NCBI GenBank assembly: GCA_003344405.1
Contig: NOWV01000168.1
Location: 1 to 64,000 of the forward strand
Origin: Trichoplax sp. H2
Taxonomy: Eukaryota
Direction of reading: 5' to 3'
Length of the DNA stretch: 64,000 nt
The position numbers were made by a program, and so were the translations under genes. How positions within the stretch are numbered: the stretch's first letter is position 1; the number at the start of each line of letters is the position of its first letter. Positions 27,245 through 40,814 of the stretch are shown here, piece by piece. The notes below the pieces were generated by a model. It was not told where the DNA came from. It ran no database searches and saw only the letters and a program-made list of their open reading frames with translations.

Positions 27245-28586
27245 CTACAAAGTGGTTGTTACTTCGCCCGATCGGATGGCATCGTAATATTTATCAATGG
27301 CCTTTTGCATTTCAGATTTCTGTAATGCTTTCAGGAAGACATCTAATGTACCTGATTTTCCCTTACTGCAAGACCAGGTCAAAAAAAGTTTATAATACTG
27401 ATTATAACTGCCACGCTCATCGTGACTAATATCGTCAGTATCTTGCTCCTTTAGCTTAAGTTTATTTGCCACTTTCTTAAAATCGTTTCTCTGAAGCCGA
27501 GAAGCGAAAAAATCGAATGTTTGACGTAGGTTATCTCCTGGAAAAAAAATATGATATAAGTTTATGTAAACGGTAATTTAACGATTTATATAAGCATATG
27601 CAGTATTAACTGGATAATTAAGTATATTACCATTGCGAACAATTAGAAAAATCAAGAGTGTAATTATATTTATCTTTGGATTGATACGCTTATTACTGTA
27701 CAAGCAGAAATTACTCAGGTATAGCTTAAGCGCTCACGTAGTTTGCTAGTTAATTGAGAATGAGTGTATAAATATAGCCATGTCCTCTACTGTACTGTAC
27801 AATCTTTTGGATGAAATAGTAAAAGCATAAAATGGAGTACCTTGCATGCTAGGGTAATACAGTATAGTATAAATTTCTGAACCTTGTATTGACAGAGCTT
27901 TCCTATAATCATATCTATTAGTCAAATGTTTCACTCGTGATATTTTACGTACTTGTATACCAAATATAACACATGTATCTCAGCACATAATGCATGCTAT
28001 GTATATTATAATTCTGCATATACATGAATGTATAGTAACTGCTTCCATAAATTAATCCTAAATCGCCTGCCTACTATCCATAACTGCATACTGCAATAGG
28101 TAACTATATGTGTTTTTTTTAATATAGAAATATATACGTATATCAATGGGATGAATTAAATTATACTGCATTTTTACCCCATCTAGCGAGATCTTGCTCA
28201 GATAAGGCATTATTACTTAAATCTGTATCCTTGTTTTCATCTGGTCTGGCTGTATCTTTATCGACATTGATATCTTTCTTTATCTCTTCCCCAATATGTC
28301 GACAATTACATGAAGGTTGAGTAATGATTTTTAAAAAGACGTGGAATTGATTAACCGTTTTACTGAAAAGTAAATTTAACAGTTTGAAATTGGCATCAGA
28401 ATCGATCTGCAATTGCGACAAATTATTAGTAATATTTCGCAATTCCTCCAGAGATAAAACACCTTCGTTGAATAATTCCGAAGCAATTTGCTTAGTTTGT
28501 AAATTATCTTTTAGTGATGTGAAATTTTTCCTTAAAGCCTCAAATTCCTTTTGATCATCTTTTAAAGGAGATTCACCATCGGCCAT
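27245..28586 (-). CDS. CARD plus Death-domain adaptor protein (RAIDD/CRADD-like architecture), 2 exons
   Basis: Exon 1 28586-28178 is CARD-like (ALRKNFTSLKDNL...IASELFNEGVLSLEELRNI...KLLNLL...FHVFLKII). A phase-1 GT-AG intron leads to exon 2 27537-27245, which is DD-like (FKKVANKLKLKEQDTDDISHD...YKLFLTW...GTLDVFLKALQKSEM). Confidence 0.7.
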
Positions 28587-29756
28587 GATGATTGCTAACG
28601 TGGCATGCGAATAGAAAGTTCTAGAGCAAGAGTGCTACTACGCGTCTAAACGCTATGACTTTGTATAGCTAGGACACTGCCTGGTCGAACTCCGACCACC
28701 CAACACGTTGCCATGCAACGTTAGAGCTTGCTTGTGAACAGTAGTGCGTTTAAGGCGTACGATTCTAGTCTGCCGGCACAGTAAAATGGCCAGCAATCAT
28801 AGTCAGCCATAGAATTATCGAGTCTGTCTTTTCTTTTTATTTTAGTAGTTCTTGCTTTTAGTAGTCCCTGGTCACTAATACTCATATTTAGAGATTTTTA
28901 CAAGAAAATGATACAGTACGATGCAACTGTATAGCACAGTGAGGCAGCTGGATTGCGGTTACTTTCGGTACTGTGCAAAGATATTGGCTCCAGCCCTCTA
29001 AGCGCAATATCGTTTTTAACAACGATTTGTATATATATATACAACAGGTAAAATGAGGTCTGTTTCCATCCCTAGTGCAGCCTACTGACTGGCTAGCAAA
29101 AAAGAAGCAGGGTCGACAAATAGAATCCTGTCTCGCACTCTCGTTGCACTGCAGGGGTGCAGGTCTACCACCACCTTACTAGTGCATTGCACGAGCAATA
29201 GGCAATTCTGAAGATCGATCCATCTTCCCTGTCTGTGTACAGTACACCCCATTTGCAATCAAAAATATAAAAAAAAAGAAAACCTTCCTATCTTCCATCC
29301 CTTCCGATATTTTCTGTAGCAAACATCAATATCCATTCTGTTCAGTTCGAGCTGTACTACAATTATTTTCGATAGCCTTAAGAGATTGCTAGTCCCCCAA
29401 AAGAGGTGTGGCTTTTAGCGAGTCGTCAAGATTGAAACTATGCGCAGTCTCATAGCCCCTTTTCCTAATTCGAAAATCGCCAAGTTGTCGCCCCCCTTTA
29501 ACATCTTCTCCCACCTTTGCAAGCCTACCATCCCTGTTTTTCTTCACCAATTTGGCTGCTTCAACTTGTTTTACTCAAGCCGACAAGTAAGCTGTAGGTA
29601 AGTGTAGAAAAATGCTGCTTGTAATGGTTATTGATTGTGTAGAGAGTACTTGAAAGTTGATCAGTAAAGAGTAAGTACGCTTGTATCTTACGTCTTGTGA
29701 TTAATTGCAGGCAGCTTTGAATTAATTGATCACACGGAGAATTGCAACTATCTGAA

Positions 29757-30611
29757 ATGGCTGAAGAAAGACAATCTACCGAGTCGAAAGCACTACAATG
29801 GAACGCCAATGATGAAACGTTAACTGCATTCTTAGATCGATTGCAAGTAGAATTAGATGATCGAGAAATTATCGATAATCAACAGTGTGTCTCCTGTTTA
29901 ATTCGAGCACTTCCACCTCTGATACGAAATGGACTGAAAGCCATGTCCAATGATCAAGACGTAACACAGCAAGATTACCAACAAGTTGTTGAAGAAATCA
30001 AGCAGCAATGCCTACCTCAAGCGCAACCCTCTAAAACGGTGTGGTGGCATCGAGCACAACTCTATCAACGAAAGCAACGATCCAAAGAATCGATTGAACA
30101 ATATAAAAATGTGCTATTAACGCTTGCCAAACACTGCCAGCTCCATTATCATCAAGATATGATGTTGACCATGGTATTTATAGCTGGCTTAAGAGAAAGA
30201 TCCATTCGACGTCGTCTTCTCGATTACCAACAAGAACTCAACTTTATCAAAGTAGTCGATTATGCTTTAGAAATTAAAGCAGAAAAATCAGCCGTGGAGA
30301 CTACACAAGATAATACGCGTATCAATCATGACAGTGATCATCATGATGACCATGCTGAAGTCGATGATAACCACGATGATAACAGTAAAAATCCAAGAAG
30401 AAATCGAAGGAGAGAAAAAAGACCACAGCAAGCGCGAAATACCTATCATGAATCCAAAAAGTCTTGCTATCGTTGTGGAAGTTTCGCTCATCTAGCTGCA
30501 AGTTGTACCTATAGAAGACTATATTGCGACTGGTGTGGAAAGAAAGGCCATATAGTTCGTGAATGTTATGAAAAAATGGACTATGATGACGATTATAACT
30601 ATTATGATTAA
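29757..30611 (+). CDS. Single-coding-exon retrotransposon Gag-like protein (Ty3/gypsy-type capsid region plus two CCHC zinc knuckles), no pol
   Basis: Intact 284-aa ORF from ATG 29757. ETLTAFLDRL, RKQRSKESIEQYKNVLLTLAKHC and VFIAGLRERSIRRRLL are typical of gypsy Gag. Knuckles CYRCGSFAHLAASC and CDWCGKKGHIVREC (CX2CX4HX4C). No protease or RT ORF is seen downstream. Confidence 0.85.
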   Translation: MAEERQSTESKALQWNANDETLTAFLDRLQVELDDREIIDNQQCVSCLIRALPPLIRNGLKAMSNDQDVTQQDYQQVVEEIKQQCLPQAQPSKTVWWHRAQLYQRKQRSKESIEQYKNVLLTLAKHCQLHYHQDMMLTMVFIAGLRERSIRRRLLDYQQELNFIKVVDYALEIKAEKSAVETTQDNTRINHDSDHHDDHAEVDDNHDDNSKNPRRNRRREKRPQQARNTYHESKKSCYRCGSFAHLAASCTYRRLYCDWCGKKGHIVRECYEKMDYDDDYNYYD

Positions 30612-32578
30612 AAATAATAATAGGAACCGATCGATAGTCACTCCAATAGAGTTATCCTAGTAATGATAAAGATATTAACCAACATGACTTAGCCTCGGTT
30701 ATAACAGTATTTAGGAAACGGATATATCTGCTTCTATTTATTGTAACCCATTAATATGCAACTTATCCTATCTTTACTATTTTCAATTAATCAATCGCAA
30801 ATTGCACTACATCGTTATAGATATAGTCCATTTGTAATTGAAAAATTATGTTGAAATTGTTCTCTTATTGATGTTATTCGTATCATGGCTTTCCAGTCGC
30901 GAGCCATAGGTATTTCTACCTTATTTATTCTCAACATCCAATTTGTTACTGTCAGGCCTTTATTATCAAAATCAACTAGTATAGAAGCTAATTCTTATGT
31001 TAGTTGTGTTGTACCATGTTGATGACAAAGAATATGTCTACCACTTCATGTGCAATGTACTGTATATTTTGTATAATCTTCGTGGATTAAATGATATTTA
31101 AGTAATAAAAACTTGTATGTCAACTCTTCGTCTATAACACAGTTATAATCCTTATGTTGTCTCTTATTTCATGTTTAAGCAACGTGGCTGTTGACTATCT
31201 TTTCCATGTCCACTACATGAAAATCCTGTCCTTTTCGATAACGCTACCTTGTTAGTTAATCCTTCCCTTTATCATCGATAGCAGATAAATTTACCTTACC
31301 AATGACTACACGATATTTTGTAAGTATCTCATCGAAATACATCCCGGTACCTTGAATAACAAATTTTTATTTGATCAGTAGCTACTTTTGCATGTCGAAG
31401 TAAAGAGTTGCTATAGTATACTTTAGCATTGAAGTACTGGCTATCAAGCAATGTAGCTATTAACTACTTTCTCCTTTGCCTACTGCGTTGAATCCTTTTC
31501 TTTCCATGCTTCTATTCTTTATTGGATAATCCTATTCTCCTTACGATCTATAAATACGTATATCAGACAACTACCTCCTGAGAATTAAATAGGATGTCTA
31601 CAAATGATGTGGACGGTATTTTGCAAGCATCTCATCGATATACATCTTGATACTTTTACGATAGCAAACTTTATATTTATCAAAGTATAAAATCCACTTG
31701 TACACCATAATGTGCGAAGCGAGAGTTTCCACAGTGTATCTTAATGCAGAAGTACACAATGACGATGATTTACAGGAATTATCGTATGTAGAATAATTCA
31801 TACTTTCATGACAAGAAGATAATTTGGACAGACTAATGTGATAATTAATCTATACTACGTATATTCCATGATACTTTTTTAATACAGAAAATAGTTGTTC
31901 AGTTTACTGTAGTACCGATACTTTAAACCCATCTATTTACTGTTAGTCCTTTACTGCATTCTTAAACATTAATCATATTTGATATATATAGGTTATATAT
32001 CAAACATACGAGTACCTGGTAAATCGATAATGACTAATAAGTGTGGTAGTAGCGTTAGCATAATGGATTAGTTACCAGAGTCAATAAAACAGATCAAAGC
32101 AATACGCTGCCAAATTAAAAAAGACTATCTTGCCTACTTACTATACAACTGTAAGCTATACAATGCAAGCAATAATTCTTGGCTATAAACTAGTAAAGTA
32201 AGAAAGGCAATAAAAAGTATTAAGCTATTTCCACTAAAATTGTATCAAATACCGTACCGGATAAAAATTATAATGACGGATCACGAGTATGATGGAATTC
32301 ATTCCGTAAGGACGTCAGTTGTCATAATATAGAACAGCAACAGCAATATTTTTGTAATATAGTTTCTTTCCTAGATGGGAATAAAGGTGCTTCTTCCCCT
32401 ATGTATTATAATGATTGGATAATCGTTAACATGTTTGAATAGGACCTTAAGATAATTTAAAGCAAGTACAATACATGATACTATACAATAACAAATTGTA
32501 GTCCTTTTAGTAAATCTTTAAAGATGATGCTATTATGATATCTGATTACAAGACTACAGCCAGACAAAATGTAAATAT

Positions 32579-35500
32579 TCAATAATTACCACTATCTTCA
32601 AATCTTCTCATTTCGTCTTCTTTTTCTTGCAGTTTGTTTTCTAAATCATTTTTGGCTCTCAAAAGTAAATCTTTCTCCCCTGAAATATTATCATTCAAAT
32701 AAAAGTGAGTCAGTTTGAGCACTAATTGACATAGTAGAGAATCCACTTTAAGTTATATACATCTAGTTTAAATAATTATACAACTCTACAGGTTTTATTA
32801 TGCTGTCAGTAAATTTTCCGCTCAGAAATAGAGTCATTTCATTATGAGTATATAGATCTCACGATTAACTCATGTCGTAGAAAGTCCTCTCTTAAATGAT
32901 ATTTGGATTAATCATTGACAAAAAGTTGATCTTATAAACGGGCTATGGCTTACTTTCCAAATCCAGGATTTGAGCAGCTTGACTTTCAATAAGTCGTTGC
33001 TTCTCTTCCTTAACTTCTTTACTTGACGTATTATCTTGTTCAAGCTTCTTTACCGCGTCTAATAATAAAAACAAGAATTAATAGGAATTTACCATCTACT
33101 AGTAATTATCAAATCATTCGTGCAATGGTATGCCGAATAAGATAATCTAAGCATACATTTAGGAGATGTTCTACCTCGATACAAATAGTAATTACAAGCT
33201 ATTTGCAGTTAGTTAACCTTTTAAATTTTTAATATTAATATCTTGACGCTGGATTTGTTGAGTTCGATCAGACACTAAAGCCGACAAATTTTCCTTCTCC
33301 CTAATCAATTCAGTTACTATATCAAAAAAATATAATTGATAATTAATATAACTTCATAGGGCAAGGATAATATAAACTACCCATTTAATTAGTTGCTACA
33401 GCAATAAACAATTAATCATTGATTTATGTATGAATCTATAAATAGATAGCATAATGATATCTGACAAAATTTTTACATGTACGCGTATATTAACACTAAT
33501 TATGTTCTAGGATTTAATTTACCATTCTAGTTATATGAATAGAATCACATATCAATACCTGATATTAAGTCTGAGGAATTTGGAAGCTGAATTTGAGCTG
33601 TTTGTAACGGCAGTCGAGACTTATTCTTATTTGTATCTACATGTAACAAATTGAAAGACATAATTAGTATTATTAGAATTGCTAACGGCTACTGCATAAC
33701 TTATAACTTTATAAAGCACACCAAGAGGCAGCGCATAGATAGAGTTTTGCGTTTGAATAAATAATCAGGACTAACATAAAAATTTAAGTGATGGAATTGA
33801 ACAAAGTATTTTATGTTAGAACTACTACATGATATGTAACTCCATAGATCTTATCAAAAGTAAGTTCAAAAGTAGAATTTTGAGATTGAACAAGATCATC
33901 AGGACTACTAGCTGTGGTAGTATATTTTACCTGACTTCATAACTATCAAGTTTACGGATTATACATTATATAGAAAAAATCAGCATAAAAATCCAAATGA
34001 TGATGGTGTTGGTGAAGATGGTTTACAACTATCAGCGCTAATAGCACTCTATAAAAGCCATTTGTATCATTATTGTGAAATGCCTAAGGAGTCTACGTCT
34101 GTAGACTCTTCGAACCCTCCATCACACTATTAAAACACTAAATTTCTAGCTCATCGTACCAGTTATAAAACCAGAATTAAATTCTTCACCTAATTGCGCG
34201 CCATCGAAATTATCATCTACGTGAGGAATAATTATAATTAATTCATTATTGGAGATGTAAACACCAATTTACGATTAGGAATAGAAATTATTTGCCAGCA
34301 CTATATAATTAGTAATTTCTATTGCCTGGTAATCGCATCACTTCAAGTTTATCCTAGTTAAGTAATTCAGACAGCAATTTAGTTACCGTACCATGATTAT
34401 TAATTGATAGATCCCGTTGTTTAAGATTATTTATTTCTTCCATCCGTTGAGATAGATCATAAGCCATGGATCGCTTATCTTGTAGTAATCTGTTATTTTC
34501 AGCTACAATTATTTAGAGGAAGGAATATATTATAACAATTAACTTTACTTTTCGTTTCTAGGAAATTTTAATAGAATTGTTCCAGATTATGATATAATTG
34601 ATATATTTCATTGTTCATTCTTGTAGAGTCTTATTTAATCATCATACCTTGTAGGATTTCAATTTTGTTATTTAATTGCAAAACTATAGTAGAATTGGAC
34701 GAATCTTCTTTATCAGATTTGTTACTGGTTTCGAATTTTTTAATAAACGCACTAACTGCCGGTTTTTCTTCTGCTGTTTCTGCAATAAAATTGATCGGTA
34801 CGATTTGAAATAGATCTATTTCGTAATAAGCCTATGACGAGAAAATGTGTCGCCTTTTAGTCAATAAACAATTTCTATAGCAACCTGATGACTTGCTTGT
34901 AGACATAGATGGCTTTCCATCCTCGCTATGTGAAGCATTACTATCTGTACGCTTTCTTGTCTCATCCTTCTTGTCTTTCGCTTCAGTAATTACATTCATA
35001 TCCGCTAATTTATGGTGAGAAAATTATAAAAATTAGTTGATATACATTAGCTTTACATCGCAATAGTCTAAATCTATACAGTATCCAACTCAGTAATTTA
35101 AACTAACACATTAAGTTTTGAACTCTTTCTTGTAAGAGCAAAATCTTTTGATGTTTGGCCGTTGATTTTTTTGCAGGCGATCCCAACTCAATTGTTCCGC
35201 TTGTTAAATCATCTATATATATAAATAAATTAATGTTGTTCATAACTAGTTATCCCTAGTATTTCAATTTTAAATTAAAGAGACTATCACGATGGAAATT
35301 AATCGCTTGCAATAATAGATAGGAATAGCTTATGTCTAAGTCCCCGGAAATTTACTAAATTCGGCATTTTACAATATGATAAAAACCTTTGTAGATTATA
35401 CAATACACTTCATGACCGCATACCTAATAATTGCCATAACTTGAATACTAGCCGTTTTATTTCTTCTTCTCGATCTAACATAATCTTTTGCGAAATTCTT

Positions 35501-38500
35501 TTCTCTTGATATAGTCCTTTCTGTTCCACTAAAGTAGCAAAGATAGATTACTATACTGATACATTGATGGGTAAAATAAATGAAAGCCTAAGTTGTATTA
35601 AGACAGTTTAAGCAACGATTAGGATAAATGCGATGGAATTTCTTTAGGCGTAAGTAATATAAATAAAAGTGATGCCTTATTTTGCATTAATTCAATCGAA
35701 AATCAAGCTCCAATTTATCATACATAGTAACTTGGCCACTTTGCTTTCATGTAGTTTTAACTCATTTTCTTTCTTTTCTAATTGTTCCTCCAACTGTTTC
35801 TTTTCCGAATAAATGGCATCCTTGTCAGCTAGAGATTTTATAGTCAATACAGGCACGATAAAAATGTTGAATGGAATTTCCATAAATAGACTATATTAAA
35901 TGCCAAAGTAGCTTAAATAATAAGCATTAGCTCTTGAGTTATTACAAATGTTAACACAAATAATATAAAGTAGTGCTATGAAACAAGAGTAAACATTTTT
36001 GATTACTCATAGCTTAAAATATGAATTTATTAATTCATTTAAGAATTGAAAATATGAATTACTGATATCACTATATCGTATGTAGTCAATTACAGCTATT
36101 ATAGCACTTAAACAGGGGCAAATATTTTTAATTACGAATATTTTGAAACATGAATTTACTAATTAATTTAAGAATTGAAAATATGGATTACTGATACCAC
36201 TATATCATATGTTACTAATCATAGCTATTAGGGGATAGTTACATAATGAATTACATTCGACGTTAATCCTTTTACGTTGGTTCGCTGGAGTATAACGTAT
36301 TTACTGTTATTGCAAATATTTATTTTTAAGCTAGGGCATTCTTGACAGGGACATCTGAGAAGAAATTCTGAAATTTCCCCTTAAAAGTCCCTATTCTTGA
36401 GATGATCTAGCGCTAAAAGTATTAGACTTTATCAAAATGATGGCTCGTCTCTCTAGTATTTGCATAACATTATAAGGTTGGTTCTATCAGTGCTTATGAT
36501 AGCAAGAATTGGAGAAAGCATGCAAACGAAATTTGTTCGTTATAAGAGATAGTTTAATTGATGCAACATGATCGTAGATAGAACCGTAAATATGAATTTA
36601 CCTATGGCTTTCTTTACCTGATACTCTCTCTAAGGTTTTTTGCATGAACTGCATGGGTTCATTGGAAGTGTTTGTTGGACTTCCATCATTAGACTGTTCA
36701 CCTTCTGTGGAGGCTAGTTTTCCTGAATAGAGTTGATTAAAATCAATCAGAATAGTCCTTTTACCTAAGACCACTAGTAGTATTCATTTTTAAAGCGCAT
36801 AACACAAATAGACGGAGTAAATTCCTTCAATTTGAATAAATCGTTATCACAGAATTCCACCTTCTGTAAATATATCAAAAATAATCTATTTTGTATCCAT
36901 TAGGAATAATGCACCAAGATAGATTAGTTCTATAATCTTGGTGATTAAATTGCAATTATTAAGTTTTATACAGTAGCAAGTGAAATTTTCATGCAATGGA
37001 ATAGATCAGTTCTTATAACCAATAACAACAATTGAAAAATTTCTTTTAAATTATTCATCTCAATATCCAATTTATATTTCAATGTGAATTCCAACAGGAT
37101 AATATTGAAATAATAGTAGTGTTACCCATGAAAGTCGAGAGATAATACTTTAATTAATTATTAATGAACGTTTTTAATGTAAATAAGCAAGTATCTATGG
37201 CCTAGTATAAAATAACGATAAAGAATTATCCCGATCATCGATGCATAAGACTTCATGATATTAACTCAAGCCCTCAAAATAGGAATAAATTCATTTAGCA
37301 TAACAGATATGAACTACTGATAAATCACTTTTACTAGTTAATGTTTAAATGTAATATCTATGTAAAGGCTAATATAACATTGTTTAATGGATCCTTAGCA
37401 ATAAATGTTCTATTCTAACGACTAAAATGGTTAAGGGTTGCTACAAATTTAATACAAGATATTACATGTTGCATCAGACATTAAACTTAAAAGTAAATAC
37501 TACAGACGTAATCTCAGAGTCATTATCATTCTGCATTGCTCCAAAGTTTGTACAAATAACCACTACGGTAAGCTTGGGATCGAGATGGAAAGAGAGGTAC
37601 AAAATTGGATTAGTAAAAATATTAAGCTACTACGAATGTTATTGCAGCCAATCTTTTAATAGAAATCATCCTGAATAGTAAACGGATGAACAGAATAGAT
37701 TCTTATTGATTATAGTACGAACAGCTTTGAAGCAATTTAGAAGAAATCTACCGTTGAACCTGCAAAATTTACTCAAGATAGTATCGCCAATAAAAATAAA
37801 ATCGATTTATTTGTTGATGCCGACAAGACGTTAGATAGTAGTGCGATGCTTTGGGTGACAGTGAAAGATAGGATTAAAGAAACATAGAGACGATATGAAC
37901 TATGAGAAATCTCTTACCGTAATTGCCAAACGAATCTGCTCTTCGCCTTAATTCATGAATTTCCACTTGCTTATTACCGACCTTCTTTTTTAGTGATTCA
38001 TTCTCTTTCCTTAACGATTCCTTTTCGGCTAATAAAATATGAAGTTATCGATATTATTCAAGTATCATAGCAGGATTGTAAGAGAATGGTTGCGGCGATA
38101 TATAATTACTGTTAAATTAATGTACATTTTAATTAGAATGGTATATATGAACGAGCATAAACTATAGTTTGGAATAAGATGAGCATGGATAACGAGGCAA
38201 TCTGATGCCATTACTGATCGTAAATGAAGCTCTTGCTAAAATCTAAGAGCAGGGCTAGAAGGCCTAAATCTATGCAACGATTACATTCTAATCCACTACT
38301 CGAATAACTTAGTAGAATTGACAATATCCCATTGCTAGATTATAATCATCAGCGTGAGATATTCCATTTACTAATTTCATCATCATATTACTTAATCTAA
38401 TCTATTGAAGCGATCTTAATAAAAGGTGTTAGACTGTCTAGCAAGTGTAGGATGTTAGCGGATGGTGTGGATATCGGCTAATAAAGTGTTAAGTAATCGA

Positions 38501-39526
38501 TATTCTGCAAGTATTGTAACAAGATTGAACAGATGTGAGGCTATGGTAGTACATCGATACTGTTAATATACATTGTAATTGTAATTGGATCCATGCACGA
38601 GCGAAAACTATAATTTCGAATAAGGTGAGCATGGATTCCGATGGAATCTGATGCTATTGCTAATCCTAAATGAAGACTCTTACTGAAATCTCTAGGCAGG
38701 AAAGATGACCTAAATCAATGCAACGATTGCCTTCCAATCGACTACTCCAATAACTTCAAATCTGCAAAGATAGATCAATCAACGAGTAAGATTGTCGATA
38801 TCTTATTGCTCGATTAACAGCATGCGATGCTCTGTTTACTAATACTATCGGGTTATTCAATTGAATTTATTGAAGCGATGATAGCAAAAATGGAACTCAA
38901 TAAAAAGCGTTGAAAGGTGTTTGTTTCTTGTTCATTTTCAATCGACTAGAAAAGTCTTTCTCATTTTACAGTCAAATTTTCATTCTTTTTGTCCTTTACA
39001 AAGTTCTGTTTACTAATTTCATCATGTTATTCAATCTAATCTATTGAAAGGATCATAGTAAGGGTAGAGCGGTCGAACAAATGTTGAATGCTATTTGTTT
39101 CTTGTTCATTTTTAATCCATTCGAAAAGTATATATGCCGCCAACTTTAAAATTTTCTATTTTACTGAGAAATTCAAATTCTTTATATTCTTTACAGAGCT
39201 GTTATCAAATTTTATACCAATATTGTCAATGGGTGCAATAAAAGAATCGATTTAAGAAGCTTTAATGATACGTATGTTGCCATTTTACGTGGTTATCGTG
39301 TCTTGCCGTATTGCTGCCGACTATCTTAATGTCGATTTATATCTTCAAAAAATGAATTTATTTGCTATCCTTTTCTATGCTTGTAAGCAAGCTATTGTGT
39401 CTCGACTTATTCAAAATTGGAAACGTGATTTAGACAAGATCAATGATATAATTTACCTTCTAAATTCCAAATTTTATCCACAAGCCTTTTGGACTCAACA
39501 CCTTTGCCAGCACCTTCAGTTTCCAT
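32579..39526 (-). CDS. Unidentified coiled-coil protein (about 467 aa), 14 or more exons, all introns phase 1
   Basis: GT-AG exons 39526-39457, 38028-37918, 36722-36618, 35828-35724, 35528-35424, 35212-35108, 35004-34885, 34779-34648, 34502-34392, 34216-34160, 33636-33559, 33316-33218, 33058-32954 and 32679-32579 splice into one open frame of E/K/L-rich heptads. An alternative last exon 31547-31519 is possible via a donor at 32589. Confidence 0.7.
38080..39130. repeat. Degenerate intronic duplications
   Basis: ACGAGC..AAACTATA.TTT.GAATAAG.TGAGCATGGAT...AATCTGATGC...TAAATGAAG.CTCTT... at about 38150 and 38597. TGTTTACTAAT...AATCTAATCTATTGAA-like motifs at about 38365, 38830 and 39005. Confidence 0.6.
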
Positions 39527-40814
39527 TTATGTGAATTCTCGAGGCTACTTACGTCTGCTGGTATGGCTAGAAATTATTCAACCCTTGGCTTTAATGATAT
39601 CAATCTTCTTGATTGGCCAGTAGCAACCTATATTATAGTCGTAATAGATTGTCTATTGAATGGATATTGACTATTTGGTGTTTATGTTGACAGATACCAT
39701 CTGGAGGACGTGAACCTTCAACACTAATAAATAAAAAATGTCCTTATAACTATTGTTTTCGGCTCTAATTCAATTTCTACCTTTGGATAATACTATTCTT
39801 GTCAGTAAAATTTCTTCTTGTTGACAGTATGGAAATGGGTAGCAATAATTCCTTCCACTGCTGTACCAAAAGGTTTATATATCCAAGATTAGCAAAATCA
39901 TGATGATCGATAACGCTGCAAATGGCACAGTAGCTTACAGATTGGCTGCCTTAATTAATCGTTGACTTGTTTTCAAGTTTACCGGCAGCAGCGTTCAATT
40001 CTATTGCAACAGTGTGAATTAGATATGTATGTCGATATTATTAACGAGCATCAAAAGACTCTACAGTTACGACAATAGGTTAATCTGCGGGATAGCGGCA
40101 AAATCAAGCTAATCTTTCTTCATCATAAGATCATTTCAATCATAAAGTAATTCTCGAATTGATCCATGATCATTAGCAGTACCCTGCAAGACGTTGTACT
40201 GCAATACTATCAACTATCGCACACTATCCAAGACTTTCAAGCGACTATCAAAGAGCTCATTGGCAATGGAATAACAAAGTAGGAATAAACTCACTGTCTT
40301 GGTCACAATCTCGATTCTTTCAGTTCTTATTTACGTCTTTTACTTCGGTAGTTGTTCAATTTTGGCTTAGGCAACGATAATTCAACAGCAGAGGGGATAA
40401 ATGACCTCAAAATTGTCATCGAGAATTGAGGAGAAAACCAGCGTTGAGCGACTAACTTATTGTAGGAAGCAACCTACCAATCGATGGATAGGCAAGCTTA
40501 TTTATTGATATAGTGTTTATTATGGTGGATAGAGCAAGAACTTAATGACTTTTGCCTCGTAAATTGCAATTATAATAATATACGCATATACTTATTAAAA
40601 GCCGTCATTCACAGGCAGACAATTGGACAGACAAAAAGCAAAATAATATTCCTATGGATAGCAAGGTAGAAACGATAGGTTATTTCATACATGCATCCTC
40701 CAGGATTACTCCATAGGTGGATTGATTGGAAGCTTGCAATATGGATTTTAACCACGTTAATTGAGTTAGTGTTTTCCTCACTAAATGACTATTTAACAAT
40801 CACACGCTGAGATG

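Noticed and set aside
30612-32500. pol continuation (frameshift or readthrough) after the Gag ORF
   Set aside because: No long ORF and no protease, RT or integrase motif was seen downstream of the stop.
33930-34130. Additional exon(s) of the coiled-coil gene
   Set aside because: Candidate acceptors gave in-frame stops in the phase-1 reading.
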